Below, piece after piece: positions 63,319 through 64,000 of a DNA stretch of 64,000 nt (positions within the stretch are counted from its first letter, which is position 1; each line of letters opens with the position of its first letter). A model generated the notes under the pieces. The model had not been told where the DNA came from, made no database searches, and saw only the letters and a program-made list of their open reading frames with translations. Origin of the DNA: an uncultured delta proteobacterium (GTDB lineage Bacteria > Desulfobacterota > Desulfobacteria > Desulfobacterales > QNYZ01); contig CAWJQU010000013.1 in NCBI GenBank assembly GCA_963845145.1, positions 1 to 64,000 on the forward strand, read 5' to 3'. Position numbers and translations under genes: made by a program.

Positions 63319-64000
63319 TTATCGGGTAGCGCTTTGTTCGAGACCCGTATCGGGCACTTCTACCTCCTCTTCCAATGGATCAATGGTAATATTGAACCAA
63401 CCGTAGAGCATCGAAACAATGGGTGTAATCCAGCAGAAAAAATTAAACGGCAAATAGGCGATGGTGGGTACCCCTAAAGTGGCTGCTTGATAGGCTCCGC
63501 CAGAGTTCCACGGGACCAAATTGGCGGTTACCGTGGCGCTGTCTTCGATGGCGCGGGAAAGGTTTTTAGGGTGCAAGCCCTTATCTTTGTATGACTGTGC
63601 ATACATTTTGCCAGTCATAACGATAGACATATATTGATCGCACAAGATCAGGTTGGCGCCGATGGCCGTCAGGATGGTTGCTGTAATCAGAGAGCCAGTG
63701 GATTGCGCCTTTTTTAGAATGACTTCTACCACAACCCGCAGCTGATTCGTCTTCTCCATAATCCCGCCGAACATCATGGCGCAAATAACGAGCGACACCG
63801 TATACATCATGGACTCAAAGCCACCTTTGGTCAGCAGGTTGTCCACCGCTTCTATCCCGGAGTTGCTGACATATCCGCCGTAGGCTGCCGACAGCAGATT
63901 GCCGAAAGAATTGCCCTGAAAAATTGCCCCAAGAACACCGGCCGAAAGTATACCTATCGACGATGCCTGGAACAGCCGGAATCTTGCGAAAGGCCAGAGC
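63319..64000 (-). CDS. nhaC: Na+/H+ antiporter NhaC family, 3' part (runs off the window; frameshift near 63958)
   Basis: D.LL.KGG..SM, DQY.SI..G and LSR.IED..T....L.PW..GG motifs. Confidence 0.88.
   Translation of the reverse strand, partial: LWPFARFRLFQASSIGILSAGVLGAIFQGNSFGNLLSAAYGGYVSNSGIEAVDNLLTKGGFESMMYTVSLVICAMMFGGIMEKTNQLRVVVEVILKKAQSTGSLITATILTAIGANLILCDQYMSIVMTGKMYAQSYKDKGLHPKNLSRAIEDSATVTANLVPWNSGGAYQAATLGVPTIAYLPFNFFCWITPIVSMLYGWFNITIDPLEEEVEVPDTGLEQSATR

Overview
Chromosomal window, by gene content most likely from an anaerobic Desulfobacterota (Desulfobacterales-like) bacterium (inference). No rRNA, tRNA, CRISPR array, prophage or transposase was seen. Left part: an acetylene-hydratase-family Mo/W-bis-PGD enzyme with an Fe-S partner and a CoA ligase; a GntR-linked TctCBA transporter with a cytoplasmic arylsulfate sulfotransferase and a glutaredoxin/degenerate radical-SAM fusion; reductive pyrimidine catabolism (hydA-preT-preA); a double-Cache chemoreceptor; speD-speE-ornithine decarboxylase; several small genes and cspA. 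From about 26 to 59 kb the window is a lipid island. It has an MMPL x2 / LolA-like / DUF1302 trans-envelope module whose inner- and outer-membrane parts share an acidic L(E/D)GF(E/D)D motif, and an unannotated selenoprotein (RHFG-U-xxS with a SECIS). It also has a candidate wax-ester storage system: two acyl-ACP-reductase-like paralogues (one lacking the catalytic Cys), two Fe-alcohol dehydrogenases linked to SCP2, an AOR, WS/DGAT, a PhaR-phasin hybrid, an apolipoprotein-like phasin, patatin, lipases, acyl-CoA synthetase and dehydrogenase, with shared PhaR-like boxes. A 156-bp palindromic MITE-like element occurs twice, plus one collapsed 40-bp copy. Eight single-base frameshifts between 35.8 and 64 kb look like sequencing errors rather than true pseudogenes. 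All family calls are from motif recognition by eye; no database search was run.
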